Positions 50,275 to 59,678 of a DNA stretch of 64,000 bases are shown here, piece after piece (within the stretch, counting starts at the first letter, position 1; the number at the start of each line of letters is the position of its first letter). Below the pieces are notes generated by a model, which ran no database searches, was not told where the DNA came from, and saw nothing but the letters and a program-made list of their open reading frames with translations. The DNA is from Acidimicrobiales bacterium. Lineage in GTDB: Bacteria; Actinomycetota; Acidimicrobiia; Acidimicrobiales; Bin134. The position numbers and the translations under genes are program-made. The stretch covers positions 655,578-719,577 of the forward strand of contig OY762975.1 of NCBI GenBank assembly GCA_963667085.2. The letters run 5' to 3'.

Positions 50275-52149
50275 ATGGGCGGCGCCCACGGCGCCATCGG
50301 CCACGATCCAACCGGGGTCAAGGGCAAGCAGATAGCCGGGCAGACAATCCGCCGGGTGGCCGGTTTCGCGCGCCCCTATCGGGGCATGCTCATCGGCTTC
50401 GTGGTGGTGCTGTTGCTGGGGGCGCTGCTGTCGCTGGTGCCCCCGCTGCTGTTCCGTCAGATCATCGACGAGGCCATCGCCAATAGCGATCGGGGCCAGG
50501 TGAACCTGTTGGCCGCCATCATCGTGCTGGCCGCCTTCGGCGAGGCGGCCCTTGCGTTCATCGAGCGCTATTGGTCGGCCCGTATCGGCGAGGGGCTCAT
50601 CTACGACCTGCGGGTGGGACTGTACGACCATGTGCAGCGGATGCCGATGGCGTTCTTCACCCGGGTGCAGACCGGTTCGCTCATCAGCCGGATGAACAAC
50701 GACGTGATCGGCGCCCAGCGGGCGTTCACCGGGACGCTGGGCTCGGTGGTGTCCAACACCATCGTGCTGGCCACCACGCTGGTGGCCATGTTCTTGCTTG
50801 AGTGGCGGCTCACGCTGATGGCCCTGGCCCTGCTGCCGGTGTTCATTTTGCCCACCAAGCGGGTGGGCCGGAAGCTCCAGGCTCTCACCCGGGAGTCCAT
50901 GGAGCACAACGCCTCGATGAACACGGTTATGACCGAGCGCCTGAACGTGTCGGGGGCGCTGCTGGTGAAGCTGTTCGGACGCCATAACCAGGAGCGGGAC
51001 GGATTCGGGGCCACCGCCGGGCGGGTGCGCGACATCGGCGTGCGCAGCGCCATGTACGGGCGGGCGTTCTTCATCGCGCTGAGCCTGGTGGGGGCGGTGG
51101 GGGCCGCGGTGCTGTATTGGGTGGGCGGGCAACTGGTGATCTCCGGGACGATCACGGTGGGCACGTTGGCCGCCATGGGGCTGATGGTGGTGCGGATCTA
51201 CACCCCGCTCACCAGTCTGACCAACGCCCGAGTGGATGTGATGACCGCCCTGGTCTCGTTCGAGCGGGTGTTCGAGGTGCTGGACACTCCCAACCCCATC
51301 TCCGACCGGCCCGATGCCATCAAGCTGCCCAACCCCCGAGGGCGCATCGAGCTGGCCGACGTCACCTTCACCTACCCGCCCAGCGACGACCGGCTGGCGT
51401 CGCTGCAAGCCAACGCCGCCGCACCAGAGGCCACCGGCAAGCCGGTGCTGCGCCATGTGTCAACGGTGATCGAACCGGGTCAGCTGGTGGCGTTGGTGGG
51501 ACCGTCGGGGGCGGGCAAGACCACCCTGGCCGCGTTGTTGAACCGGCTGTACGACGTGGACGACGGGGCGGTGCTGATCGACGGAACCGACGTGCGCGAC
51601 GTCACCCAGGAATCGCTGCGGGCATCGGTGGGGGTGGTGCCCCAGGATCCCCACCTGTTCCACGAGACGGTGGCCGACAACCTGCGGTACGCCCGGCCCG
51701 GCGCCACCGATGCCGACATGGAAGCCGCCTGCCGCTCGGCCCATATCCACGACCTCATCGCCTCGCTGCCCGAGGGCTACAACACCGTGGTGGGCGAGCG
51801 GGGCTACCGGCTGTCGGGCGGTGAGAAGCAGCGGTTGGCCATCGCCCGGGTGCTGCTCAAAGACCCGTCCGTGGTGGTGCTCGACGAGGCCACCAGCCAC
51901 CTCGACAGCGAGAACGAGGCCCTAGTGCAGCAGGCGCTGGGGCTCGCCCTCCAAGGGCGGACCGCGGTGGTCATCGCCCACCGGCTGTCCACGGTGACCA
52001 ACGCCGACCAGATCCTGGTGCTCGACCAGGGAGAGCTGGTGGAGTCGGGTCGCCACGGCGATCTGCTGGCCGCGGGGGGGCTGTACGCCGAGCTGTACCG
52101 CACCCTGGTGCGCAATGAGCAGCGCTCTCCGGCGGAGAGCGCGCGATGA
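50275..52149 (+). CDS. ABC exporter, fused permease/ATPase (MsbA/type IV exporter-like)
   Basis: Six-TM ABC_membrane domain followed by an NBD: GPSGAGKTT, LSGGEKQRLAIAR, VVLDEATSHLD. AGGAAG sits 8 nt before ATG 50275. Confidence 0.85.
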   Translation: MGGAHGAIGHDPTGVKGKQIAGQTIRRVAGFARPYRGMLIGFVVVLLLGALLSLVPPLLFRQIIDEAIANSDRGQVNLLAAIIVLAAFGEAALAFIERYWSARIGEGLIYDLRVGLYDHVQRMPMAFFTRVQTGSLISRMNNDVIGAQRAFTGTLGSVVSNTIVLATTLVAMFLLEWRLTLMALALLPVFILPTKRVGRKLQALTRESMEHNASMNTVMTERLNVSGALLVKLFGRHNQERDGFGATAGRVRDIGVRSAMYGRAFFIALSLVGAVGAAVLYWVGGQLVISGTITVGTLAAMGLMVVRIYTPLTSLTNARVDVMTALVSFERVFEVLDTPNPISDRPDAIKLPNPRGRIELADVTFTYPPSDDRLASLQANAAAPEATGKPVLRHVSTVIEPGQLVALVGPSGAGKTTLAALLNRLYDVDDGAVLIDGTDVRDVTQESLRASVGVVPQDPHLFHETVADNLRYARPGATDADMEAACRSAHIHDLIASLPEGYNTVVGERGYRLSGGEKQRLAIARVLLKDPSVVVLDEATSHLDSENEALVQQALGLALQGRTAVVIAHRLSTVTNADQILVLDQGELVESGRHGDLLAAGGLYAELYRTLVRNEQRSPAESAR

Positions 52150-53558
52150 GCCTGTTCGACACTGCTTCGTCGGGGGCGTTTGCCGAGCCGATGACGTTCA
52201 CCGTCGCCGAGCTGGCCGGGCGGATCAAGCAGGTGCTGAGCGACGCCTTCGGCGACGAGTTGTGGGTGGAGGGCGAGATCCGCAACCTGAGCCGGGCCCG
52301 CAGCGGGCACATGTACTTCGATTTGGTGGAGCCCGACCCGGACAACGGCGCGGGCAAGCAGCCCGAGGCATCGGTGTCGGTGGCGCTGTTCCGGTTCAAC
52401 CGCGAGAGGGTGGAAGAGACGCTGCGCCGCCATGGGGGCATGGCGATGGAAGACGGGATGAAGATCCGCATACAGGGCAAGCTGGATTTCTGGCCCCCCG
52501 GAGGCCGGCTCCAGTTGTACATGTCGGGCATCGACCCCAACTTCACGCTGGGAGAGCTGGAGGCTGAGCGGCTGCGCCTGCTGGAGAAGCTGCGCGACGA
52601 GGGTCTGTTGACCAAGAACCAAGCCGTCCCCTTCCCCGTGGCCCCAATGCGGATCGGCCTTGTGACCTCCAACGGCAGTGCCGCCCACCATGACTTCTGC
52701 GACGAGCTCGAAGCCAGCGGCCTGGCCTGGGACGTGGTGCTGGCCGACACCCCGGTGCAGGGGGTAGACGCGCCCCCGCTCATCGCTGCGGCCATTCGGG
52801 CGGCGGGTCAAGCCGGGGTGGACGTGATTGCGGTGGTCCGCGGCGGCGGGGCCCGTACCGATCTGGTGGCCTTCGACAGCGAGGCCGTGGTCCGAGCCAT
52901 CGCCAATGCCCCCGTGCCGGTGGTCACCGGAGTGGGCCACGAGATCGACCGGACCATCGCCGACGAGGTGGCTCATGAGGCTCAGAAAACGCCCACCGCC
53001 GCGGCGGTGTTCATCGTGACCGCGGCCCGGGCCCACCTTGAAGCCGCCGATCTGGCATGGGGCGGCATCGCGGCATGGGCCTCACGGCTGCTAGGAGACG
53101 CCGACCAGCGGCTGGCGGCGGTAAGCCAGACCACCGCCCGGACCGCCGAGGCCCATTTGCACCGGGCCGGCACCCGGCTTCAGGGCCGGGCTGCCCGGAT
53201 CCGAGAGCTGGCCGAGAACCGGACCCGGGGCGAGACCCGCCGAGTGGACGACTGTGCGGGAACCATGCGCCACCGAGCGGCAACGGTCGTTTTGGACGGG
53301 CGGCGCACGCTGGAGCGGAAGAAGTCAAGCATGGCGGCCCAGGCTCTGCGGATCCCGGGGACGGCGGCCAAGGAACTGACCAACCTGGAGGGTCGGACCC
53401 GCCTGCTCGACCCCCGGGCGATCTTGGCCCGCGGTTGGTCGATCACCCGCCATAGCGGCAAAGTGGTGCGCGACCCCTTGGCGTTGACCATCGGCGACGA
53501 TCTGGTGACCACCCTGGCCGAAGGCGAACTGCACAGCACGGTGTCGGAGAACAAGTGA
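52146..53558 (+). CDS. xseA: exodeoxyribonuclease VII large subunit
   Basis: N-terminal OB-fold (FTVAELAGRIKQVLSDAFGDELWVEGEIRNLSRARSGHMYFDL) and catalytic core (RGGGARTDL...PVVTGVGHEID). ATGA overlap with the exporter gene. Confidence 0.9.
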   Translation: MSLFDTASSGAFAEPMTFTVAELAGRIKQVLSDAFGDELWVEGEIRNLSRARSGHMYFDLVEPDPDNGAGKQPEASVSVALFRFNRERVEETLRRHGGMAMEDGMKIRIQGKLDFWPPGGRLQLYMSGIDPNFTLGELEAERLRLLEKLRDEGLLTKNQAVPFPVAPMRIGLVTSNGSAAHHDFCDELEASGLAWDVVLADTPVQGVDAPPLIAAAIRAAGQAGVDVIAVVRGGGARTDLVAFDSEAVVRAIANAPVPVVTGVGHEIDRTIADEVAHEAQKTPTAAAVFIVTAARAHLEAADLAWGGIAAWASRLLGDADQRLAAVSQTTARTAEAHLHRAGTRLQGRAARIRELAENRTRGETRRVDDCAGTMRHRAATVVLDGRRTLERKKSSMAAQALRIPGTAAKELTNLEGRTRLLDPRAILARGWSITRHSGKVVRDPLALTIGDDLVTTLAEGELHSTVSENK

Positions 53559-53571
53559 GGAGCACGAGACA

Positions 53572-53835
53572 ATGAGCACGCAAGAAATCGGCTACGCCGA
53601 TGCATTGAGCGAGCTTCAGCAGATTTTGGGCGAACTGGAGGCCGAGGACATCGACATCGACCTACTGGCAGTGAAGGTTGAGCGGGCCGCGGAGCTGATC
53701 CGGGTGTGCCGGGGGCGGATCAACGATGCCGAGGTGCGGGTTAAGGAAATCGTGGCCGGACTGGACCACGAGGAAGACGAGCCCTCCCCTGCCGGCCATG
53801 TAGACGACTGGGACGACCCTTCCTCAGACGACTAG
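53572..53835 (+). CDS. xseB: exodeoxyribonuclease VII small subunit
   Basis: 87 aa helical protein immediately after xseA (YADALSELQQILGELE...). Confidence 0.85.
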   Translation: MSTQEIGYADALSELQQILGELEAEDIDIDLLAVKVERAAELIRVCRGRINDAEVRVKEIVAGLDHEEDEPSPAGHVDDWDDPSSDD

Positions 53836-53884
53836 AACGACATAGTCAGCTCTTGCCGACAACAGACCCAGCCGGGAGCAGGTC

Positions 53885-54772
53885 TTGCCCATAGAGAAAC
53901 TCGAAACAGTCGACGCCTTCATCGTGTTCGATTTGGCCGACGCGCCCGAGTCGGTGGGCTCGGTCCGGTCAGCCCGCAAGATCTTGCCCGGCGGGGCCAG
54001 TGATCTGGCCCGGTCGATGACCTACGCCTTCGCCACCTTCGAAATGCGCCGCAGCGGGGCCTCGGCGGGAATCAACGCCGTTGACGACGAACGAGCCGAT
54101 GCGGTGGCCAAGTTCACCGCGGAGATTGCCCCCATGGTGGCCTCGGGCCGCTTTCTCCCCGAACCGGGCACCCGAGTACCTCGGACCGCCCTGGAGCCAT
54201 TGGCCGAGACCGACTCCCGGGCCGCGATAGGCGATGTGGCTGATCAGGCGACCGTCGCTGGGGTAGTTGCCGCGGCGGCGTCTGCGTCCGGCGGGTTGGA
54301 TAATCGCACCGTGGCCATCGAGGGCTCGGGACCGATTTGCGACGCCCTGACCATCGCGGTTGAGGATCGGGGCGGAACAATTGTGGAAATGAACGGCCAA
54401 GCCGACGTGCTGTTCGCCGGCTCCAAGATGGGCGCCATCGACCACACCGTGGCCGAGCAGCTCAGCGTGAGCACCCTGGTCCCCTACAGCCCGATCCCGG
54501 TCACCGCCCGGGCGCTGGCCATCCTCAGCAGGGCCGGCACCACGGTGGTCCCCGACTTCATCGCCACCGCCGGCCCCCTCTTCGCCTGGTGGCCCACCGG
54601 CGACCCCACGCCCGAGACCATCGTCGCTGACGCCGCGGCCAAGATCACCGCTTCTCTCGAAGAGATCGCCGACCACCCCGACGGCCTTTTCCTGGCCGCC
54701 GCCTACCGAGCCGAGTCGTTCCTGGCCACCTGGCAAGACTCCCTCCCCTTCGGCCGCCCGTTGGCGTCATAG
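53885..54772 (+). CDS. degenerate Glu/Leu/Phe/Val-dehydrogenase-like protein (probably non-catalytic)
   Basis: LARSMTYAFATFEMRRSGASAGINA aligns by eye with LeuDH [23 protein letters not shown], but both Lys are missing. Rossmann-like IEGSGPI. TTG start. Confidence 0.45.
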   Translation: MPIEKLETVDAFIVFDLADAPESVGSVRSARKILPGGASDLARSMTYAFATFEMRRSGASAGINAVDDERADAVAKFTAEIAPMVASGRFLPEPGTRVPRTALEPLAETDSRAAIGDVADQATVAGVVAAAASASGGLDNRTVAIEGSGPICDALTIAVEDRGGTIVEMNGQADVLFAGSKMGAIDHTVAEQLSVSTLVPYSPIPVTARALAILSRAGTTVVPDFIATAGPLFAWWPTGDPTPETIVADAAAKITASLEEIADHPDGLFLAAAYRAESFLATWQDSLPFGRPLAS

Positions 54773-54795
54773 GAAACGCAGCCTGAGCCCGGCTT

Positions 54796-55749
54796 CTATG
54801 GGTCTGGGGTCAACGAGGCCAAGAACTCCCGGGTGCGCTGGCTGGAGGCGATCAGCTCATCGCGGCCGTCGCCCACGGGCAGCACTCGCACCGACAGGTC
54901 AGTGACTCCGGCGTCGGCGAACGAACGCAGTCGGGCCAACACGGCGGCCTCGTCGCCCACTGCCATGATGTCGGACACCCCGTGGGCATCGCCCCGATCC
55001 AACAGCCGCTGGTAGTTGGGGGACACCTCGGCCTCGGCCAAGAGCCGCTCGGCCCGGTCTTTGGCCGCGTCCACCTGGCCGGGAGCACACAGGCACACCG
55101 GCACACCGGCCACGATCCGAGGCGGGGGCCGACCGGCCTCAGCAGCCGCGTCGTTGATCCGAGGGGCGATGAACTCGCCAATGGCCCGCTCGTCAGCCAG
55201 CCACAACACGGTGCCGTCGGTGCGAGCGCCGGCCAGCCGCAGCATGACCGGCCCCAGCGCGGCCAAAAGCACCGGGGTGGCGGCCTGATCGGTGATGTCC
55301 AGCGGGTTGTCGATGTGGAAGTGCTCGTTGTCGACCCGAACCGGACCGGGACCGGCCAGGGCCTGGCCCAAGACATCGAGATATGACCGGATCTCGGCCA
55401 CAGGCCGCTCGTAGGACAATCCCAGCATGTCCTCCACGATCCAGTGGTGCGACGGGCCCAGGCCGAGGGTGAACCGTCCCTCGCAGGCCAATTGCACCGA
55501 CAGCAGTTGCTGGCACAGGGCGATGGGGTGGCGGGTTTGGGCCACCACCACCGCGGTGCCCACCTCAACCGACGAGGTGGCCGACCCGATCAGCGCGGCT
55601 GCGGTCATGGCGTCGAACTCGTCGGGAATCTGGGGAATCCACACCGAGGCGAACCCGCCCGCCTCGGCCTCCTGAGCGGCTTCGATCATCCGGGCCGTCT
55701 TGGTGGCGTACCGGCGCCGCTCGGGTCCGACCATCAGTCCTATACGCAC
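54796..55749 (-). CDS. LLM-class (luciferase-like) F420-dependent oxidoreductase
   Basis: MRIGLMVG...GFASVWIPQ...FTLGLGPSH pattern of luciferase-like oxidoreductases. Confidence 0.8.
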   Translation of the reverse strand: MRIGLMVGPERRRYATKTARMIEAAQEAEAGGFASVWIPQIPDEFDAMTAAALIGSATSSVEVGTAVVVAQTRHPIALCQQLLSVQLACEGRFTLGLGPSHHWIVEDMLGLSYERPVAEIRSYLDVLGQALAGPGPVRVDNEHFHIDNPLDITDQAATPVLLAALGPVMLRLAGARTDGTVLWLADERAIGEFIAPRINDAAAEAGRPPPRIVAGVPVCLCAPGQVDAAKDRAERLLAEAEVSPNYQRLLDRGDAHGVSDIMAVGDEAAVLARLRSFADAGVTDLSVRVLPVGDGRDELIASSQRTREFLASLTPDP

Positions 55750-55874
55750 AACAACTCCTCACCGCCTGACGCTGCCCCGTTCATACCAGACATCAGCCGA
55801 CGAGCGAGGGCTGACGCCGGTCTTTGCTTCTCATGGGTCGGTTACCATCCCAGAAGAAAGCCAAGGAGGATCGA

Positions 55875-56519
55875 GTGGGCAGCTCGACCGAGAAACCGGA
55901 CAACCCGACCATGAGGCCTCGCATCGCGCCGCTGGAGTTGTCGGAATGGACCCCCGAGGCATTTGCCGCCATGGAGCCCATGCGCCCGCCGGCGGGCTCC
56001 ACCTACGACAAGCGCAAATCCGACCGCAAACAACAGGTGAGGCGCCCCAACAACGCTTTATCTGTGATGGCCCAGTATCCCGAACTGGCCAAGGCCTTTT
56101 TGGAGTTCAACCGCCACCTGCTCTATTTCAACTCCCTGCCGGAGCGGGTCATTGAGCTGGCAGTGCTGCGGGTGGCGTGGCGGCGCCAAAGCGAATACGA
56201 GTGGGTCCAGCACGCGGCTTCTGCCCTTGAAGTGGGCCTGACCGATGAAGAAATCGACCGCACCGCCGTTGATTCCGTTGACGGCTGGGCACCAGATGAC
56301 GCCTTGGTGCTGCGGGCGGTGGACGAGTTCCACCACAATCACGGCTGGTCGGACGGCACCTGGAATGAGCTGGCCGAGACGTTCGACACCCGCCAGATCA
56401 TGGATCTGCTGTTCACAATCGGTGCCTACGACACCCTGGCGGTGGCGTTCAACTGCTTCGACCTGCCCCTCGACCCCGAACTGGAAGGCAAAGGGTTCCC
56501 TTCCGACGCCGAGGACTAG
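55875..56519 (+). CDS. carboxymuconolactone decarboxylase (AhpD-like) family protein
   Basis: ERVIELAVLRVAWRRQSEYEWVQH is typical of the CMD family. AAGGAGGA sits 4 nt before GTG 55875. Confidence 0.75.
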   Translation: MGSSTEKPDNPTMRPRIAPLELSEWTPEAFAAMEPMRPPAGSTYDKRKSDRKQQVRRPNNALSVMAQYPELAKAFLEFNRHLLYFNSLPERVIELAVLRVAWRRQSEYEWVQHAASALEVGLTDEEIDRTAVDSVDGWAPDDALVLRAVDEFHHNHGWSDGTWNELAETFDTRQIMDLLFTIGAYDTLAVAFNCFDLPLDPELEGKGFPSDAED

Positions 56520-58096
56520 GAACCGGCCAACAGCTCGTCTTTCATCACCTTGCCGGTGGCGTTGAGCGGGAGCGAATTCCGCAGCACTACTGAACGGGGC
56601 ACCTTGTAGTTGGCCATGCGCTCCCGGCACCAGGCGATCAGCTCTTCAGGATCGAGAGCCGCTCCGGCCTGGGCCACGATGTACGCCCGCCCCACCTCCC
56701 CCAGCCGCTCATCGGGCACGCCGACCACTGCGGCCTGGGCCACATCGGGATGGCCGAGCAGGGTGTTCTCGATCTCGGCGGGGTAGACGTTGAATCCGCC
56801 GACGATGAACATGTCCTTGATGCGACCGGCGATCCTCAAGTAACCCCGGGCATCCATCGTCCCCAAGTCGCCGGTGTGGAGCCACCCGTCGGCGTCAATG
56901 GCCGCGGTGGTGGCCTCGGGATCGTCGAAATAGCCGGTCATCACGCTGTAGCCCCGCACCAGCACCTCGCCGGTCTCCCCGGTGGCGGCCTCCCGGTCGC
57001 CGTCCACCACCCTGAGCTCCAAGTCGGGCATGGCCCGGCCCACGGTGGTGGCGATGATTTCAGGATCATCGCCGGATTGCGTTCCGGTGCAGGTGCCGGC
57101 TTCGGTGAGGCCGTAGCCGGTGCAGATGCGCTCGAACGGCAACTCGTCGTGCATTCGGCGGATCAGCTCCACCGGGATGTCGGCCGCCCCGGTAACCGCC
57201 ACCCGCAGGCTGGACAGGTCTCGGTTTGAGCGAGCGGGATGACCCAGAACCGCCTGGTAGATGGTGGGGGGACCGGGGAGCACGGTGATCTGCTCGGCCT
57301 CCACCAACTCCAGCACCCGGTCGATGTCGAACACCGGCACCGGGTACACCGTGGCGCCCCGCAGCAGGCAGGCCAGCCAGCCGGCCTTGTAGCCGAACAT
57401 GTGGAAGAAGGGGTTGATGATCAGATACCGGTCGCCTTGGCGCAGATCGGCGAAGTCGCACCAGTCGGAGAACTGCCGCAGGGTTTGACCGTGGCTCATC
57501 ATCACGCCCTTGGGGGCGCCGGTGGTGCCCGACGTGAACAAGATGTCGCTGATCTGGCCGGGATCCACCGCCTGCCGCCGGGTCTGGACCGAGTCGAGCG
57601 TGACCGACTCGCCCGCGGCCAGAAAATCTGCCCACGACACTCCGATGGACAGGGTTTCGGCGGACTCGGCCGGCGGGAGCACCACGACCTGCTCCAAAGC
57701 AGACAAGTCTTGGTCGGGCTGCTGGAACAGTCCTGCGGGATCTATGCCCGCGAACCCGGCTTCGGCCACCAGCAGCCGGGCCCGACTGCGGGCCAGGATG
57801 TAGGCGGCTTCGGCCGGTTTGAATCGGGTGTTCACCGGCACCAACGCGGCGCCCGCCGAGTGAAGCCCCAGCGCGGCGATGATCCACTCCGAGCGGTTGG
57901 AAGCCCAGATCGCCACCCGGTCGCCAGCCTGCACCCCGGCCGCCAGCATGGCCGCGGCGGCCTGGTCGACTCGCTCCCCAAGTTCGGCGTAGGTGAGCAC
58001 GGTGTCGCCCTCCACCACCGCAGGGGCATCGGCGAAGCGGGCCGCGGCCTCAGCGGCCATGGCCGGGATGCTGAGCCACTGCCCCCTTCCGCTCAT
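56516..58096 (-). CDS. AMP-dependent acyl-CoA synthetase/ligase
   Basis: AMP-binding motif FTSGTTGAPKGV, YGLTE, GWLHTGDLG, and C-terminal PLNATGKVMK. Start trimmed to ATG 58096. Confidence 0.9.
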   Translation of the reverse strand: MSGRGQWLSIPAMAAEAAARFADAPAVVEGDTVLTYAELGERVDQAAAAMLAAGVQAGDRVAIWASNRSEWIIAALGLHSAGAALVPVNTRFKPAEAAYILARSRARLLVAEAGFAGIDPAGLFQQPDQDLSALEQVVVLPPAESAETLSIGVSWADFLAAGESVTLDSVQTRRQAVDPGQISDILFTSGTTGAPKGVMMSHGQTLRQFSDWCDFADLRQGDRYLIINPFFHMFGYKAGWLACLLRGATVYPVPVFDIDRVLELVEAEQITVLPGPPTIYQAVLGHPARSNRDLSSLRVAVTGAADIPVELIRRMHDELPFERICTGYGLTEAGTCTGTQSGDDPEIIATTVGRAMPDLELRVVDGDREAATGETGEVLVRGYSVMTGYFDDPEATTAAIDADGWLHTGDLGTMDARGYLRIAGRIKDMFIVGGFNVYPAEIENTLLGHPDVAQAAVVGVPDERLGEVGRAYIVAQAGAALDPEELIAWCRERMANYKVPRSVVLRNSLPLNATGKVMKDELLAGS

Positions 58097-58115
58097 GCCG
58101 GTTCGTCTCTGCCGT

Positions 58116-59582
58116 TCAGGCGTCGGGTTCGGCCAGGGTCTTGATCTCGAGGAACTCCTCAAACCCGGCCACGCCCATCTCCCGGCCGATGCCCGACTGC
58201 TTATAGCCCCCGAAGGGCGCGTCGGGGGCGTAGTACAGGCCTCCGTTCACACTGATCGTGCCCGAACGGATCTGCCGGGCCACCGACCGGGCCCGCTCCG
58301 GGTCGGCGCTGCTCACCGCGCCCGACAGGCCGTAGATCGAGTTGTTGGCAATCCGCACCGCCTCCTCGTCGCCTCCTTCATAGGGAATGACGGCCAGCAC
58401 CGGCCCGAACACCTCCTCTTGGGCGACCAGGTCGTTCTCGCCCACCCCGGCCAGCAAGGTGGGCTCGTAGTAGTAGCCCACCGGCAGGTGGTCGGGGCGC
58501 TTGCCCCCGGTCACCAGCTTGGCCCCCTGGTCCTGGGCGTCGCAGACCAGCTTGTGTACCTTGTCGCGCTGGCGGGCGTTGATGAGCGGCCCCATCATCA
58601 CGCTGGGGTCGGTGGGATCGCCGTAGGGAATGGCACCCAGCGTGGCCGAGACCACCTCGGCCGCGGCGTCGGCCATGGCGGCGGGCACCACCAGGCGGGT
58701 GGCGATGGCGCAGCCCTGCCCGGCGTGGGTACACACCATGAATGCGTTCATGGCGGCCGCAGCCTCGATGTCGGCGTCGTCCAGCACCACGTAGGCGCTC
58801 TTGCCCCCCAGCTCCAAGAAGGTCTTCTTCACCGTGGCGCTGGCCGAGGCCATGATCTTTCGACCGGTGGCGGTGGAGCCGGTGAACGTGACCATGTCCA
58901 CGTCGGGGTGGGTGGTGAGCACCTCGCCCACCGAGTTCTCCGCCGAACTCAAGATGTTGACCACGCCGGGGGGGATGTCGGTCTCATTGGCGATCAAGTG
59001 CCCCAAGGCCAGCGCCGACCACGGCGTGTCCGGCGCGCCCTTCAACACCACGGTGTTGCCGGCGGCCAGCGCCGGGGCCAGCTTGGCCAAGTTCAATTGC
59101 ACCGGGAAGTTGTAGGCGGTGATGGCGGCCACCACCCCCACCGGCTCCCGCTCGATCCACCGTCGGTGATTGCCCCCGTAGGCCTCGACCACCCCGAGAT
59201 CCTGGGTCCACTGGTAGCCGTCCAGCATGTCGGCCACCCACTTGACCGAGGCCACCGGGGCTTCGAGCTGCGGACCGCCGTAGGTGAGCATCACCGGGGC
59301 GCCCACCTCGGCCACGGTCAGCTCCCGCATCTCCTCCAGATGGTTCTCCAGCGCGGCGTGGAACTGGCGCAGGCACCGAGCCCGGAACTCGTGGCTGCGG
59401 GCCCAGTCGGTGGTGTCGAAGGCCCGTCGGGCCGCGGCCACCGCGGCCGAGGCGTCGGCATCAGTGGCATTGGCCGCCACCCCGAGCACCTCCTCGGTGG
59501 CGGGGTTCACCGTTTCGAATACTCCACCCCCGGCCGCGCTCCGCAGTTCCCCGTCGACCAACAGCCGTTCCTCATGCCACAT
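58116..59582 (-). CDS. NAD(P)-dependent aldehyde dehydrogenase
   Basis: FTGSTATGRKI, catalytic Glu (LELGGKSA), and catalytic Cys region (HAGQGCAIATR). Confidence 0.95.
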   Translation of the reverse strand: MWHEERLLVDGELRSAAGGGVFETVNPATEEVLGVAANATDADASAAVAAARRAFDTTDWARSHEFRARCLRQFHAALENHLEEMRELTVAEVGAPVMLTYGGPQLEAPVASVKWVADMLDGYQWTQDLGVVEAYGGNHRRWIEREPVGVVAAITAYNFPVQLNLAKLAPALAAGNTVVLKGAPDTPWSALALGHLIANETDIPPGVVNILSSAENSVGEVLTTHPDVDMVTFTGSTATGRKIMASASATVKKTFLELGGKSAYVVLDDADIEAAAAMNAFMVCTHAGQGCAIATRLVVPAAMADAAAEVVSATLGAIPYGDPTDPSVMMGPLINARQRDKVHKLVCDAQDQGAKLVTGGKRPDHLPVGYYYEPTLLAGVGENDLVAQEEVFGPVLAVIPYEGGDEEAVRIANNSIYGLSGAVSSADPERARSVARQIRSGTISVNGGLYYAPDAPFGGYKQSGIGREMGVAGFEEFLEIKTLAEPDA

Positions 59583-59615
59583 GGTGGAATTCTCCCTGAT
59601 TCGACAAGAAATCGT

Positions 59616-59678
59616 CTAGCGGGGCACATCGCCCTCGAAGGTGAACTCTCTAGCGCGGCACATCACCCTCGAAGGTGA
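59616..59678 (-). repeat. 34-nt-period direct repeat: the last 9 codons plus stop of the TauD-like gene are duplicated in the downstream spacer
   Basis: 59650-59678 (gene end, ITFEGDVPR*) versus 59616-59644 (FTFEGDVPR*): 27 of 29 nt identical. Both differences are synonymous third-codon positions (GGT/GGC, CCG/CCC). Confidence 0.85.

Noticed and set aside
52146-52149. The ATGA overlap coupling the ABC exporter to xseA, read as a functional link.
   Set aside because: Four-nt overlaps are ubiquitous in this window (sdhA/B, purH/N, sucC/D and others). They most likely reflect genome compaction rather than a shared pathway.
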